The translations under genes and the position numbers were made by a program. A stretch of 64,000 bases of DNA from an uncultured archaeon (GTDB taxonomy: Archaea > Iainarchaeota > Iainarchaeia > Iainarchaeales > VGJJ01): positions 5,112 through 69,111 of the forward strand of contig CAYIIU010000001.1 of the NCBI GenBank assembly GCA_964363635.1, read 5' to 3'. The notes beneath the pieces were generated by a model. It saw nothing but the letters and a program-made list of their open reading frames with translations, did no database searches and was not told the origin of the DNA. Position 1 is the first letter of the stretch. Every line of letters starts with the position of its first letter. Shown here piece by piece: positions 37,033 through 47,200 of the stretch.

Positions 37033-37806
37033 ATGGGATTGAGACCTGCACACTGTTATCGAGGGCAAGACAAGCCCGCCTATTGCCGCATCGCGGTGAC
37101 GGTTCATGATAAGAACTTCATCGGAACGAATCCCCATTTGCGCACACGACAGTTCAACATGGGAAACCCCCTCAAGAAATACTCGCACATCGTAGACCTT
37201 TACTGCAACGCAGGAGACGTTCAAATCCGCGACAACGCCATTGAGTCCGCACGCTTGAACGTGAATCGTGCGCTAATCAAATCACTCGGAAAAGAAAACT
37301 TCTTCATGCGACTCCGAATTTATCCCTTTCACATTATCCGCGAAAATAAGTTAGCACAAGGAGCCGGTGCCGACCGTGTCTCGTCCGGAATGAAACACGC
37401 GTTCGGAAAACCCATTGGAAAAGCCGCGCGCTTGCGACAGGGAAAAGTTATTTTGTCTGTTTTATGCGACGAGACGCAAATCTCGGAAGCCAACCGCTGC
37501 CTCATGCGAGCGATGCCAAAAATGGGATTCCCCATGGGCGTGCGCGTGCACCAAGACTTGGAATCCATTGGAAAATTGCCCAAGAAAATGCGTGAAGAAA
37601 AAGTGGAAGTGGTTGCCGAAGTCGCAGCCGACGGAACGACCGCTCCCGCAGCCGAAGGAGACGCTGCCGCCGCCGGTGCCAAAGGCGCTGCAGCCCCCGC
37701 GAAAGGAGCCGCGCCTGCCAAAGCCGGTGCCAAGGATGCCAAGCCCGCCGCGGGTGGAAAACCAGCTGCCGGAAAAGAGGACAAAAAGGATGCCAAGAAA
37801 AAATAA
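37033..37806 (+). CDS. rpl10e: Ribosomal protein L10e (uL16) with an Ala/Lys/Pro-rich C-terminal extension
   Basis: MGLRPAHCYR, KPAYCR, MGNP, IRDNAIESARLNVNR, RIYPFHIIRENK and FGKPIGKAARL form the L10e core. After about residue 175 there is an 80-aa tail (AAPAKGAAPAKAGAKDAKPAAGGKPAAGKEDKKDAKKK). Confidence 0.85.
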   Translation: MGLRPAHCYRGQDKPAYCRIAVTVHDKNFIGTNPHLRTRQFNMGNPLKKYSHIVDLYCNAGDVQIRDNAIESARLNVNRALIKSLGKENFFMRLRIYPFHIIRENKLAQGAGADRVSSGMKHAFGKPIGKAARLRQGKVILSVLCDETQISEANRCLMRAMPKMGFPMGVRVHQDLESIGKLPKKMREEKVEVVAEVAADGTTAPAAEGDAAAAGAKGAAAPAKGAAPAKAGAKDAKPAAGGKPAAGKEDKKDAKKK

Positions 37807-37868
37807 TTCTCGGCCTCCGTTTCCCCCATCTTTGTTATCCCATCCCCTCGGCTCTCGCGTGAAAAAGT

Positions 37869-38888
37869 ATGGACAACCCGCCATTACAACTCAACGAATT
37901 GCTAGCTGAAGTCCGTTCACGTAAACCCAAATCTGTTTTGATTCAACTTCCGGAAGGATTGAAGACGAATGTGGTGCAGATTGAAGACGCATTCACGCGC
38001 GAAAATATCCCGGTGATTACCGTTCTTGACCCGTCATTCGGCGCGTGCGACATTGCGGACCACAAAGCCCAAATGCTCGGATGCGATTTGATTGTGCATT
38101 TGGGACATTCCAAAATGCTCCACACGGGAATCCCCGTCATTTATTGGCCCGTGGAATTTCCCATCGAAAAAAATATGATTCCCGGATGCGTGAAGGCGCT
38201 CGCCAAAGAAAAATTCTTCTCAACAAACAAAAAGATTGGAATTTATGTCACGATTCAATTCCACCGACACTTGAATGAGATCAAAAAAGAATTAGAATCT
38301 AAAGGATTCGAAATCTTTGTAGGAATGGGCGACTTGAAGGACGGGCAAATCCTCGGATGCGACGTTTCCGCGCGCAGAGATATTGAAGATAAAGTTGATG
38401 CGAATGTGTATTTCGGCGACGGATACTTTCACGCGCTTGCCATCGCATTCGCGAGCAAGAAACCCACGTACCAATACAACCCGTTCACGCTCAAAATTGA
38501 AAACTTGGAAAAATACAAAGAAAAATATTTGCGCCAGCGCTTCGGACTCATTGCCCAAGCGCGCGACGCGCAAACATTCGCCGTTATTTTGTGCACCAAA
38601 AAGGGTCAGCTTCGAAAAGCCCTCGCCATGCGCATGAAAAGCGAACTTGAACAAGCGGGAAAGAAAGTTTCTCTCGTCGCGATGGAACATGTTTCTCCCA
38701 ATTCATTGTTGGGAGTGGATGTGGATGCGTACGTGAACACGGCATGCTCACGTATTGCCACGGATGACTTTGAATCGTACAAAAAACCCATGCTCACTCC
38801 GATTGAAGTGGAAATTTTGTTAGGAAAACGCACGCCCGAAAACTACGTGTTTGATGAAATCAAACATTTAGGTATGAAAGTAATGTGA
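37869..38888 (+). CDS. dph2: Diphthamide synthesis protein Dph2, 2-(3-amino-3-carboxypropyl)histidine synthase
   Basis: The N-terminus reads VLIQLPEGL. Cys residues are spread across three domains. The size is 339 aa. Confidence 0.8.
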   Translation: MDNPPLQLNELLAEVRSRKPKSVLIQLPEGLKTNVVQIEDAFTRENIPVITVLDPSFGACDIADHKAQMLGCDLIVHLGHSKMLHTGIPVIYWPVEFPIEKNMIPGCVKALAKEKFFSTNKKIGIYVTIQFHRHLNEIKKELESKGFEIFVGMGDLKDGQILGCDVSARRDIEDKVDANVYFGDGYFHALAIAFASKKPTYQYNPFTLKIENLEKYKEKYLRQRFGLIAQARDAQTFAVILCTKKGQLRKALAMRMKSELEQAGKKVSLVAMEHVSPNSLLGVDVDAYVNTACSRIATDDFESYKKPMLTPIEVEILLGKRTPENYVFDEIKHLGMKVM

Positions 38889-38904
38889 ACGTGTACGCGT
38901 AGAA

Positions 38905-39777
38905 TTAATTCGCGCCACTCACAACCCACGTTCCTTCATTGGATTGCTTGTTCAGAATGGCTTCGAGCTTGGAAACGTGCTTGTCGGATAAGAGAAGGGT
39001 TTCGACTTTGGAGCGGGCCATGACCAACGCCGTAAGCGGGTCCACAATGAACTGCTGGCTCGTCTTGAACGCGGCCTCGCTGGCCATCTTGGAAAAACGA
39101 CCGTGGTGCAACGTGTTCGAGGGGATATCCATGTCGGAAAACAAAACTAATTTTGCCCCCGCATTTTCGGCGAGCATCGCGGCACGGGCTTCCATCGATA
39201 AGGAGTCTTTGGAACCCAACATCACGGGCATCGCATCGCTCTGCAGCATGGAAACAGTTTCGCTGATTTCCTCGCACACTTGAGGGTGCGCTTGCGAAAG
39301 GGTGCGCAGCACTAATGAAGCGTTCAATCCGGAGCTCGCGCGCATTGCTTGCGAAATTTCATTGGGATGCAAACTCAATTGGTGCGCCGCGCGAGAGGCT
39401 ACTCTCACATCGGGAGATTCTCCGACAACAACAGCGATTTTTGTTCCGTTCGCACGCAAGGATTCGATTGTGGTTGCGAGTCGAGAAAGCCATGCGAGTT
39501 GGAATGAGTTTCCGCGCAAAATGGTGGAGCCGGGAATGGCAATGACGAGAGAATTAGAAATGGCCGTGCGAGATGCGGGGGCGAGTGTAGAAGGAAACGC
39601 GGATTCGTTCATGTCTCCATCAGGAGAAGGTTGGGTGTACAATCCTGCGTCTCCGCCAGACTCATTTTCAAATGCACTTTCCTTTGCGGAAGATTGAATT
39701 GGCGGACCATCCGTTTCAGGGGGGCTTTCAACCGGTTTCTTAGCGTCGGCTTCGCGAAATAAATCAAACATATCCAT
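38905..39777 (-). CDS. Amino-acid-kinase-fold protein, UMP-kinase-like, with degenerate glycine motifs and a disordered N-terminal extension
   Basis: It is collinear with archaeal PyrH. LVIAIPGSTIL corresponds to the GGS motif, IAVVVGES to VVGGG and FIVDPLTALVMARS to the C-terminal motif. The catalytic Gly residues are replaced. Confidence 0.45.
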   Translation of the reverse strand: MDMFDLFREADAKKPVESPPETDGPPIQSSAKESAFENESGGDAGLYTQPSPDGDMNESAFPSTLAPASRTAISNSLVIAIPGSTILRGNSFQLAWLSRLATTIESLRANGTKIAVVVGESPDVRVASRAAHQLSLHPNEISQAMRASSGLNASLVLRTLSQAHPQVCEEISETVSMLQSDAMPVMLGSKDSLSMEARAAMLAENAGAKLVLFSDMDIPSNTLHHGRFSKMASEAAFKTSQQFIVDPLTALVMARSKVETLLLSDKHVSKLEAILNKQSNEGTWVVSGAN

Positions 39778-39881
39778 AAGGCGCCCCGCCTATCCAGACA
39801 GCTGCTACACCGCCACTCGTGATAATCCACCCACCTATAAAAACGTGTCGACTTCCTTACTATTCAGGACCATTCCACGTT

Positions 39882-41132
39882 ATGGCTAAAGAAACCCTTT
39901 TGGAAATAGATTCGGCTGAGCAAGCCCTATTCAAGAAAAAGCTCAAGGAGCTGGGCGGCTACAAGGGACGCGGAACCGAATTGATTTCCGTGTACATCCC
40001 CTATGGCACGGATCGCGGAACGGTCATGAACCAGCTCGCCACGGAAGTGGGCCAGAGTGGAAACATCAAATCCCCTCAAACACGGAAGAATGTTCAATCG
40101 GCACTCAAAAAAATTTCCAATTATTTGAAACAAATTGACTTTGCACTGCCTCCAACGGGACTCGTGGTGTTTGCGGGGAACGTCTCCCCCATCGAAGGAC
40201 GAAATGATTTGCGCATGTTCCCCGTGAAGCCATTGAAACCGCTGCGCACGAAATTGTATTGGTGCGATTCTTCGTTTCATTTAGCTCCGTTGGAAGAAAT
40301 GATGGTCCCCACCGAGGTGTACGTGTTCATTGTCATGGACAAGCGCGAAGCGACGGTTGCACTTCTGGTGGGAAAGCGATACGACATCATTGGACATTTT
40401 ACATCCAATGTTGCCGGCAAATTTAGGGCCGGTGGACAGTCGGCGCAGCGATTCGAACACTTGCGCGAGGAAGCCGCGAATGATTTTTACAAAAGTGTTT
40501 CGGGAAAAATAAACGCCACGTTAGAAGGAAAATGGGACAAGTTGCGCGGGATTATTGTGGGCGGGCCTGGGCAGACGAAAAAGGACTTTTTGGACGTGGG
40601 GGAGCTTGACTACCGCTTGAAGGACAAGATTTTGGGAATCATTGACTTGTCTTATACGGACGAATCGGGGATTCGCGAAATTATTCAGCGCTCGGATGAC
40701 ATTTTACGCAACACGGATTTGATGAGGGAGCGTGCGGTGTTGGAAAAGTTCATGCAGGCGGTTGCCAAAGATGGCCTTGCCACGTATGGACAGTTTGATG
40801 TGGAAGCCGCGCTCGCCAAAGGGCAAGTTTCCTTGTTAATTTTATCGGAAGGAATCACGTGGAGAATCATCAAAGTCAAATGCACGCATTGTAACGAGGA
40901 AAAAGTCTTCACGTTGAAAGACCCTAAGCAAGAATTTGATGATACCAAAATCAAATGCGAAAAGTGCCAATCCCCCGTAGAGGAAGTGGAAGAGACGGAC
41001 TACTTGGACCACTTGCTCGACACCGCCCACGCGATGGGAACGGAAACCCACGTTGTGAGTATGGACTCCGATGAGGGAGCGCAATTCTACAACGCATTCG
41101 GCGGGATTGGAGCGATGTTACGTTACAAATAA
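39882..41132 (+). CDS. prf1: Peptide chain release factor aRF1
   Basis: GNIKSPQTR is the NIKS stop-codon recognition motif and GGQSAQRF is the GGQ motif. There is a C-terminal Zn ribbon CTHCN...CEKC. Confidence 0.9.
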   Translation: MAKETLLEIDSAEQALFKKKLKELGGYKGRGTELISVYIPYGTDRGTVMNQLATEVGQSGNIKSPQTRKNVQSALKKISNYLKQIDFALPPTGLVVFAGNVSPIEGRNDLRMFPVKPLKPLRTKLYWCDSSFHLAPLEEMMVPTEVYVFIVMDKREATVALLVGKRYDIIGHFTSNVAGKFRAGGQSAQRFEHLREEAANDFYKSVSGKINATLEGKWDKLRGIIVGGPGQTKKDFLDVGELDYRLKDKILGIIDLSYTDESGIREIIQRSDDILRNTDLMRERAVLEKFMQAVAKDGLATYGQFDVEAALAKGQVSLLILSEGITWRIIKVKCTHCNEEKVFTLKDPKQEFDDTKIKCEKCQSPVEEVEETDYLDHLLDTAHAMGTETHVVSMDSDEGAQFYNAFGGIGAMLRYK

Positions 41133-41141
41133 GGTGATACA

Positions 41142-41564
41142 ATGACGATTCGACTCGCAACCCTCGCCGATTTGGAAATTATTCTTCCCATCATGCGGAA
41201 ATTGGATGATGAAAACAACCATTATTCGGACGAGAAAGCGATAAAGGACATTACCAACAAACACATGTATGTTTCCGTGCATGACAAAAAAATCGTGGGA
41301 ACGATGGTCGTGGACATCTACATCGGCACGTGCGAGATTGTGCGCATCGTCTCCAACCAAAAAGGCTGCGGACGAGAAATGGTCGAATACGTGATTGAAA
41401 AATGCAAAAAGGAAAAAATTCCCAAGGTATGGTGCTGGAGTTCCGCTTGGCACGGCGCAGAAGGGTTTTACAAGAAAATGGGTTTTGAAGAACAATATCT
41501 GCTCCGCAAGCAGTGGCACGGGAAGGATTGCTGGATATTCGGGAAAGTCATCCCACTCATATAG
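41142..41564 (+). CDS. GNAT-family N-acetyltransferase
   Basis: The 140-aa protein has a QKGCGREMVEY acetyl-CoA binding loop. Confidence 0.6.
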   Translation: MTIRLATLADLEIILPIMRKLDDENNHYSDEKAIKDITNKHMYVSVHDKKIVGTMVVDIYIGTCEIVRIVSNQKGCGREMVEYVIEKCKKEKIPKVWCWSSAWHGAEGFYKKMGFEEQYLLRKQWHGKDCWIFGKVIPLI

Positions 41565-41586
41565 AAATCAAAATTGAAATGGGCTA

Positions 41587-41838
41587 ATGAATTTACGTCC
41601 ACCAAAAATTCAACATAGTTTTTTATTCGCAAGCGAAGATATAGAAGAACCTATGAACCGGTTTCAAGAGTTTATTGCGTTGGTGGTATCGGTATTTGGA
41701 ATATCGACCAGCCAGTCTACCCTGCTCATTTTCTCCAACATCACCGTTGGAATGGTAGGAACAATTCTCTTTTTCGCCGGTGTCATTGGGATGATTTTTG
41801 ATGACATTAAAGAGTTCTTTGACTTTACGGCATACTAA
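41587..41838 (+). CDS. Hypothetical small membrane protein
   Basis: Two predicted TM helices are present. Confidence 0.3.
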   Translation: MNLRPPKIQHSFLFASEDIEEPMNRFQEFIALVVSVFGISTSQSTLLIFSNITVGMVGTILFFAGVIGMIFDDIKEFFDFTAY

Positions 41839-42055
41839 ATATGTTGCCTATGTCCAGATTTGGGCGGCATTCTGCCTTGCAATATTTGCCAGCCAATTTT
41901 TGGGTGTTGTTGAAATTCGAACCAGCACGCAACAAATTATTGCCATCAATAATTTTGTGATTGCCATTCTATTTGGGCTCACCGGGTTCTTTTTCTTCCG
42001 CTCCAGACTCCGCAGGATAGAACGAATGGTTCATACTGGAAAGGTAGGGGATTAA
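41798..42055 (+). CDS. Hypothetical small membrane protein; its start is uncertain because it overlaps the previous ORF
   Basis: Hydrophobic helices are present. It overlaps the previous ORF by 40 nt. Confidence 0.25.
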   Translation: MMTLKSSLTLRHTKYVAYVQIWAAFCLAIFASQFLGVVEIRTSTQQIIAINNFVIAILFGLTGFFFFRSRLRRIERMVHTGKVGD

Positions 42056-42074
42056 AGACGCCGCGCAATAATCT

Positions 42075-43325
42075 ATGTCCATGAACCTCCCGTATTTGAC
42101 GAAAACGCCCCCATTGGGAGGGGAGCTCAAACGCCGCATTGAGGACTTTGTGGTGGAGGAGATATTGGAAGATGGCACGGTTTGCGAACTCGAACAATTG
42201 AACCAAAATCCTCCGCAGAAGATTGCGTTGGCGATTCCAGACAATCCTAACCCCGCGAAAATGGACCAGCTGCATGTGCGGATGGAAAAATTCAACATTG
42301 AAACCACATTCGCCATTCGAACGCTTTCACGCGGAACCGGGGGGAGCGTGAAGCGCATTGGCTACGCGGGATTGAAGGACAAGCGCGCACTCACATGCCA
42401 ACGCGTATCTTTTTGGCGCCCCGACGTGGCAAAACTTTCGAAGTTTTTTGTGAAGGGTTTAGCGTTGCATCATGCGCAATGGTCCGACAAGCGAATCGAT
42501 TTGGGAATGTTGCGCGGAAATAAGTTTACGATTGTCATTCGAAACATGGAAGGAAATGAAGAGGATATTCGAAAAAAGATTGACGAATTTGCATTGCAAC
42601 TTGGACAAGGGGTTCCCAATTATTTTGGAGAGCAGCGCTTTGGGGGGTATCGCGAAATTACGCATGTCGTGGGAAAATTGCTCTTGCAAAATCGCACCGA
42701 AGAAGCCATCATGGAATATTTATGCAAGGAAAGCGAGGGAGAACTGGATAGCCTGCGCGACGCACGCAAACGATTGCGTGAAACAAGGGATTTTGCTGCC
42801 GCGTTAAAGGAATTTCCCGACTCGGCGCACTTTGAAATCGCCATGCTGAATCATTTGGTGAATTTGCCTACCGATTTTGCAGGAGCATTCCAACGATTGC
42901 CCGCGCAGACGCGGTATTTGTTCACGCACGCGTACCAGAGCCACGTGTTCAATTTGATTGTCGCCGAACGTGTGAAACGGAAGCTGTTTTACCCTATGGA
43001 AGGAGATGTTTTAGAAAATGGAATTCCAACCGCCGTGTTACCCGGAATCCGCTCCAAACTTGCGAAGGGAATTCCGGGCGAACTTGAGCAACAAATCATG
43101 ACGGAGGAGAAGATTACCCCTGCGTTTTTTGCCAACCCCAACATGAACGAATTGGCGAGCTGGGGCGGGAGAAAACCCATCTTGCTGCGCGTGCACGATT
43201 TTAGATTGAACAAAGTGGTGGCGGATGCATTCTATCCTGAAAGGATGGCCGCAAGTGTTTCATTTTGGCTGGACAAAGGAACGTATGCTACCGTGGCGCT
43301 GCGCGAACTGCTGAAGAACGAATGA
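42075..43325 (+). CDS. truD: tRNA pseudouridine synthase TruD/Pus7
   Basis: GYAGLKDKRALT contains the catalytic Asp motif GxKD. The size is 416 aa. Confidence 0.85.
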   Translation: MSMNLPYLTKTPPLGGELKRRIEDFVVEEILEDGTVCELEQLNQNPPQKIALAIPDNPNPAKMDQLHVRMEKFNIETTFAIRTLSRGTGGSVKRIGYAGLKDKRALTCQRVSFWRPDVAKLSKFFVKGLALHHAQWSDKRIDLGMLRGNKFTIVIRNMEGNEEDIRKKIDEFALQLGQGVPNYFGEQRFGGYREITHVVGKLLLQNRTEEAIMEYLCKESEGELDSLRDARKRLRETRDFAAALKEFPDSAHFEIAMLNHLVNLPTDFAGAFQRLPAQTRYLFTHAYQSHVFNLIVAERVKRKLFYPMEGDVLENGIPTAVLPGIRSKLAKGIPGELEQQIMTEEKITPAFFANPNMNELASWGGRKPILLRVHDFRLNKVVADAFYPERMAASVSFWLDKGTYATVALRELLKNE

Positions 43326-43406
43326 GCCGGCATTAAAGAAATATTAAAAAAAATAGAAATATTGTGAGAAGGAAGAAAAGGGGGAAAAAAATCATTTCAG
43401 GATATT

Positions 43407-44057
43407 CTATTTTTGATTCGCAGCCACCACCCGATTAGTGGAATCAATCAACTCTCCCGCGTCGGGAAACATTCCGCGCAAAAACAAAAAATTGACTCCG
43501 GAAACATCAGTGTCTTTCACGGGTTTGATGGTGACTTTTTTTGAGGAGAGCTCCACAATGGGGCGTGATTGAGAAGCATTGGGAAAATCCAATTCTAAGA
43601 CGACTGAATTAGGGGCATCCAACAGGGAAACACATTCGCTCACCGAAATAGTTTCATTGTCTTTCCCCGAACCGAAGTCGGTCTGGCAGGAAACCCACTT
43701 TCCATTGGACGCAGATGAGTCAAACACTCGAATTACAGTCAGCGTGCTCTTTCGGTGGCCGCTTAGCACAATCTGATCTTGAATCAGGAGGTTGGCCGCG
43801 GCCGTGTTAAGCGGACTATTCCCCAACACCATGTGGGGGGAGATAATGAAACTCTGTTCCGCTGATAAGAGGGATAATAGTTGAGTGGGGACCCCCTCAT
43901 TGGATGCGAAAAGGATTCCCTGCGCGCTCTCCGTATATGCGTACCCCTGCGAAAAAAGGGCGTTCCACGCGTTGTGGGGGGTGACACCTGAAAGATAGGC
44001 AAAAGCGGCTATCCCAAACAAGACGACAAAAACAGCATACAATTTGGCGTTGCGCAT
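43407..44057 (-). CDS. Hypothetical secreted protein
   Basis: The N-terminal signal or anchor is MRNAKLYAVFVVLFGIAAFAYL. Confidence 0.45.
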   Translation of the reverse strand: MRNAKLYAVFVVLFGIAAFAYLSGVTPHNAWNALFSQGYAYTESAQGILFASNEGVPTQLLSLLSAEQSFIISPHMVLGNSPLNTAAANLLIQDQIVLSGHRKSTLTVIRVFDSSASNGKWVSCQTDFGSGKDNETISVSECVSLLDAPNSVVLELDFPNASQSRPIVELSSKKVTIKPVKDTDVSGVNFLFLRGMFPDAGELIDSTNRVVAANQK

Positions 44058-44156
44058 AGGTGTAACACGAGCAAAAAAGACTTTAAATCCGGCAGGAAAA
44101 GAATGGGAAAAAACAATGTGAAAGATTTGACTGAAATTTTAGGAGAAAAAATGGTT

Positions 44157-44198
44157 AAAAAAAAAAAAAAGATAGAGGAAGGGTCGAAACCCTTCCTC
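44157..44198 (-). terminator. Intrinsic-terminator-like element with a 9-bp GC-clamped hairpin followed by a T14 tract on the transcribed strand
   Basis: gaggaagggtcgaaacccttcctc is at 44175-44198. A14 at 44157-44170 on the plus strand reads as T14 on the minus strand. The element lies 15 nt past the S-layer gene stop. Confidence 0.5.
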
Positions 44199-44213
44199 GT
44201 GTATTGAATGTAT

Positions 44214-47200
44214 TTATGCGGCGTCCAAGGCTGAAATAAGCTCTTGGGCAGCGGTACCGGTGTCGGCTGCGGTGTATCCGGCCACAATGATGTTGCTGCC
44301 GTATACTCCAGCGACTTTGTCTCCGGAAGCGTTCAACAAATCAGCCACTTCTGTAGCCAATGCGTTAACCGCGGGTCCGCCGACCACAATCTTAGGTCCC
44401 GGGACTGACTGAGCGTCCGTATAGACTTGCGCCTTACCATTCAAGGGGGCGGGCGTCATGTACGTGAAGCCTGTTCCGTTCGTAACGACTGTGGATCCGT
44501 CCGTAACCGTGGCGGTGTAGGTGACATCCTTCACGGTAACCGTTGTTCCCGTAGTGAATGTTCCAGTCTCGCCTTCCTTGACCGTAATTTCTTCTCCACC
44601 CGTTACTGTAGAAGTCGTGGACTCCCCAGAAACGAGGAACGAAATATTCGGTCGTGCGTCAGGAATCCACCACTCGGCGGTCTGTCCGTCGGCGATAGAC
44701 ATCTTGGTACCCCAATCGGTGTACGCGCTGGCTAACGAAGAGCTGGACGTACTGTCGTTGCTCAACGATAACGTGACGCCGTTCAAAGCTTGGGCGGTTC
44801 GACCATAGTTCACATCGACAGTTGGAGTAGAGATCTTGTTAGATGCTCCGCCCAACAAGGGGATGCGGTCATTTCGTGTGTCAATGTGGGCGCGCGAATT
44901 GTATCCAAAGGCTGTACCGTTGTTTTCATCCACACCGAAGAATGCAGTAATAACAGTCTCGGCGGAAGGATCCTTACCATAGTTGTCAATCTGCGGAACA
45001 TAGAAGTTAATATCCGGTGTTCCATCTTCTCCAAGATCTGAACCGAAGAAGGCCAAATTCTTGGACTTCTGCAATCCACCACTCACAGGAATAGCTTGAC
45101 CGGTACCGCTCGAGACGGCGTTGAAGATATTACCCTGCAACGACAGATAGACACCCTCGCTGGATCCTCTGCTGTTAATGGATGTTCCACTCTCATTGAC
45201 GAAGAACCCGTAGGCAACCGCGTAGTTGTCTCCCGACAAATTCAATCGAGGACCAGCTCCGATTCCGCCCAAGTTACCGGCTGCGGTAACATTGGCATCG
45301 TCGTAGAAGAACACGTGCGCCATCGCGGCCGTGGTCATTCCCGCTCCATTTACTCTCGGATTCGATGCACCCGCTGCTCCGTCTAAGAAGTCGGACGAAG
45401 CCGTGGACGAATTGATTTGGGCCTTCGCAAATCGAGCCCATCCGTCGGCCTGCAAGCGAACCTGCGTATAGTTGGTTGTTGGAGCGACCGTCAAGTAACT
45501 CACTCCACTCAACACAACGTTGACAGGGCCTGTGCCGTTAATGTCGATGCTACCTAAATCCGTTGTCATTTCCAACGTGACGGGGTTGATGTCGATTGCA
45601 ACACCATTCAGAATATCTCCGTCTGCCACATTGAAGTCCTGCGTGGCTTGGTTCACATCGTAATAGAGTGTCTTGTTTCCATTGTCGAAATTGAACTGGA
45701 TTCCGTTCGAGTTCGAGGCAAAAGTACCGGCACTCAATGTACTGCTTCCACTATCTCCTGCTTCAGGCAATCGGACCCACATGGGAACGCGGTGTGTCGT
45801 GTCTTGGGCATCTTTGAATTCTAATTCATTGTTTCCAATCTGCACATACACCATGGCTTGGTCTTCCTTGAAACCATTGAAGGTTATCTTGAAGGCATCC
45901 TCACCTAATGCTCCTGTTCCATCTAAGAAGGATACTTCGTGCGTACCGGCTGTTCCAGCGGCGGTCAAAGAATCATCCGTCGAATAGAAGGGATGGTCCG
46001 AGTCAAATACGGAAATAGGCCAACCTTTGACTAAGTTCGCGGCAGTAGTGGTCGCAGTCGTAGTCGACTTGGTCGTGTTCTTAATCACAATTTTTGTCAA
46101 TCGATTTGAGCTCGCGGTCTCGGTTAATGTAACCTGATAGGGTCCGTTGATGTTTTCGGCATCCACTTGCTCGTTATACGGATAGTTTTGCCCATCCAAT
46201 AAGCGAACCGAAGAAGTCCCGACTAAGACTTCAACTGCACCTTCATTCGTTCCGGTATTCACCGAGGCAGAGTCCAAATAGACATCGCCGCTAATGACAT
46301 CGTCACCAGCTGAGTCTTCGAATTCTACGAAGTTTCCAGCGGACACTGTTTGCGTGTCAACCACGTTTCCGGCTTCATCCGTCAAGTTAAACTTAGCTTG
46401 ATAGGTTGCAGCAGCAGGTCCGGTTGCAACGACTGAAACCACAGTAACAGTCAACGTTTGACCACTATAGGCTCCAACTCCCTGCGCGGTAAAAGATTCC
46501 CCAGCGACGAATGTCTGCTTGGCCTTATCCTCCACTAAGCGCAACTCTACAACGTTGTTGCTGTCGTCAATATCGACTTTCTGAACCAAAAAGGTTTTCC
46601 CGAAGAAAGGGATGCGAATATTGTCATCCGACGTGTCGGTGAAATCGGTTGTCGAATTGGCGGCTGCACTCGTGGGAATTCCCGCACCGAGGCTGACCAC
46701 ATAGTTGATGTCTCCAGAGTCGAGTCGCGTAACCAAGTCTTTCACTTGCGTGGCGGTATCGAACTTAGGATTCAATTTTACTCCAACGGTTTCCTTCACA
46801 TCAATGGATGTGGAGCTTCCATTGTATTTGTACGAAAGAGATTTATCGGTCAAAAAAGATAATGGATCTTTTCCGATATCAGACGAATATTCGGCTGTTG
46901 CACCCGTCGAGTTCAACGGAGTGTTGTCAAATGTTTTTCCACCCGATGTGGTGACTGTTCCTCCTAACGCTAAGACAGCAGCAATGTCTGTAACAACGGC
47001 TGTACCGGTTCCGGTTCCGCCTGTGTAGACTTTTTCCATGACTGCTTTTTCAACGACCTTTCGGGCAATGTTTCCGGCCCAGACACCGTCTGAAACAGCG
47101 GCGCTTGATCCAACCACAATGTTCACATTGGGGGACATTTCGGCGTTGTATGTAACTGATTTGGCTTCTGCGCTAGTAATGGCTGAAACCATCGGGGCCA

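Noticed and set aside
37329-37909. Open frames on both strands across the L10e tail region
   Set aside because: The underlying DNA is GC-rich and repetitive with GCC/GCG repeats, which opens all frames. Only the L10e frame connects to a conserved domain.
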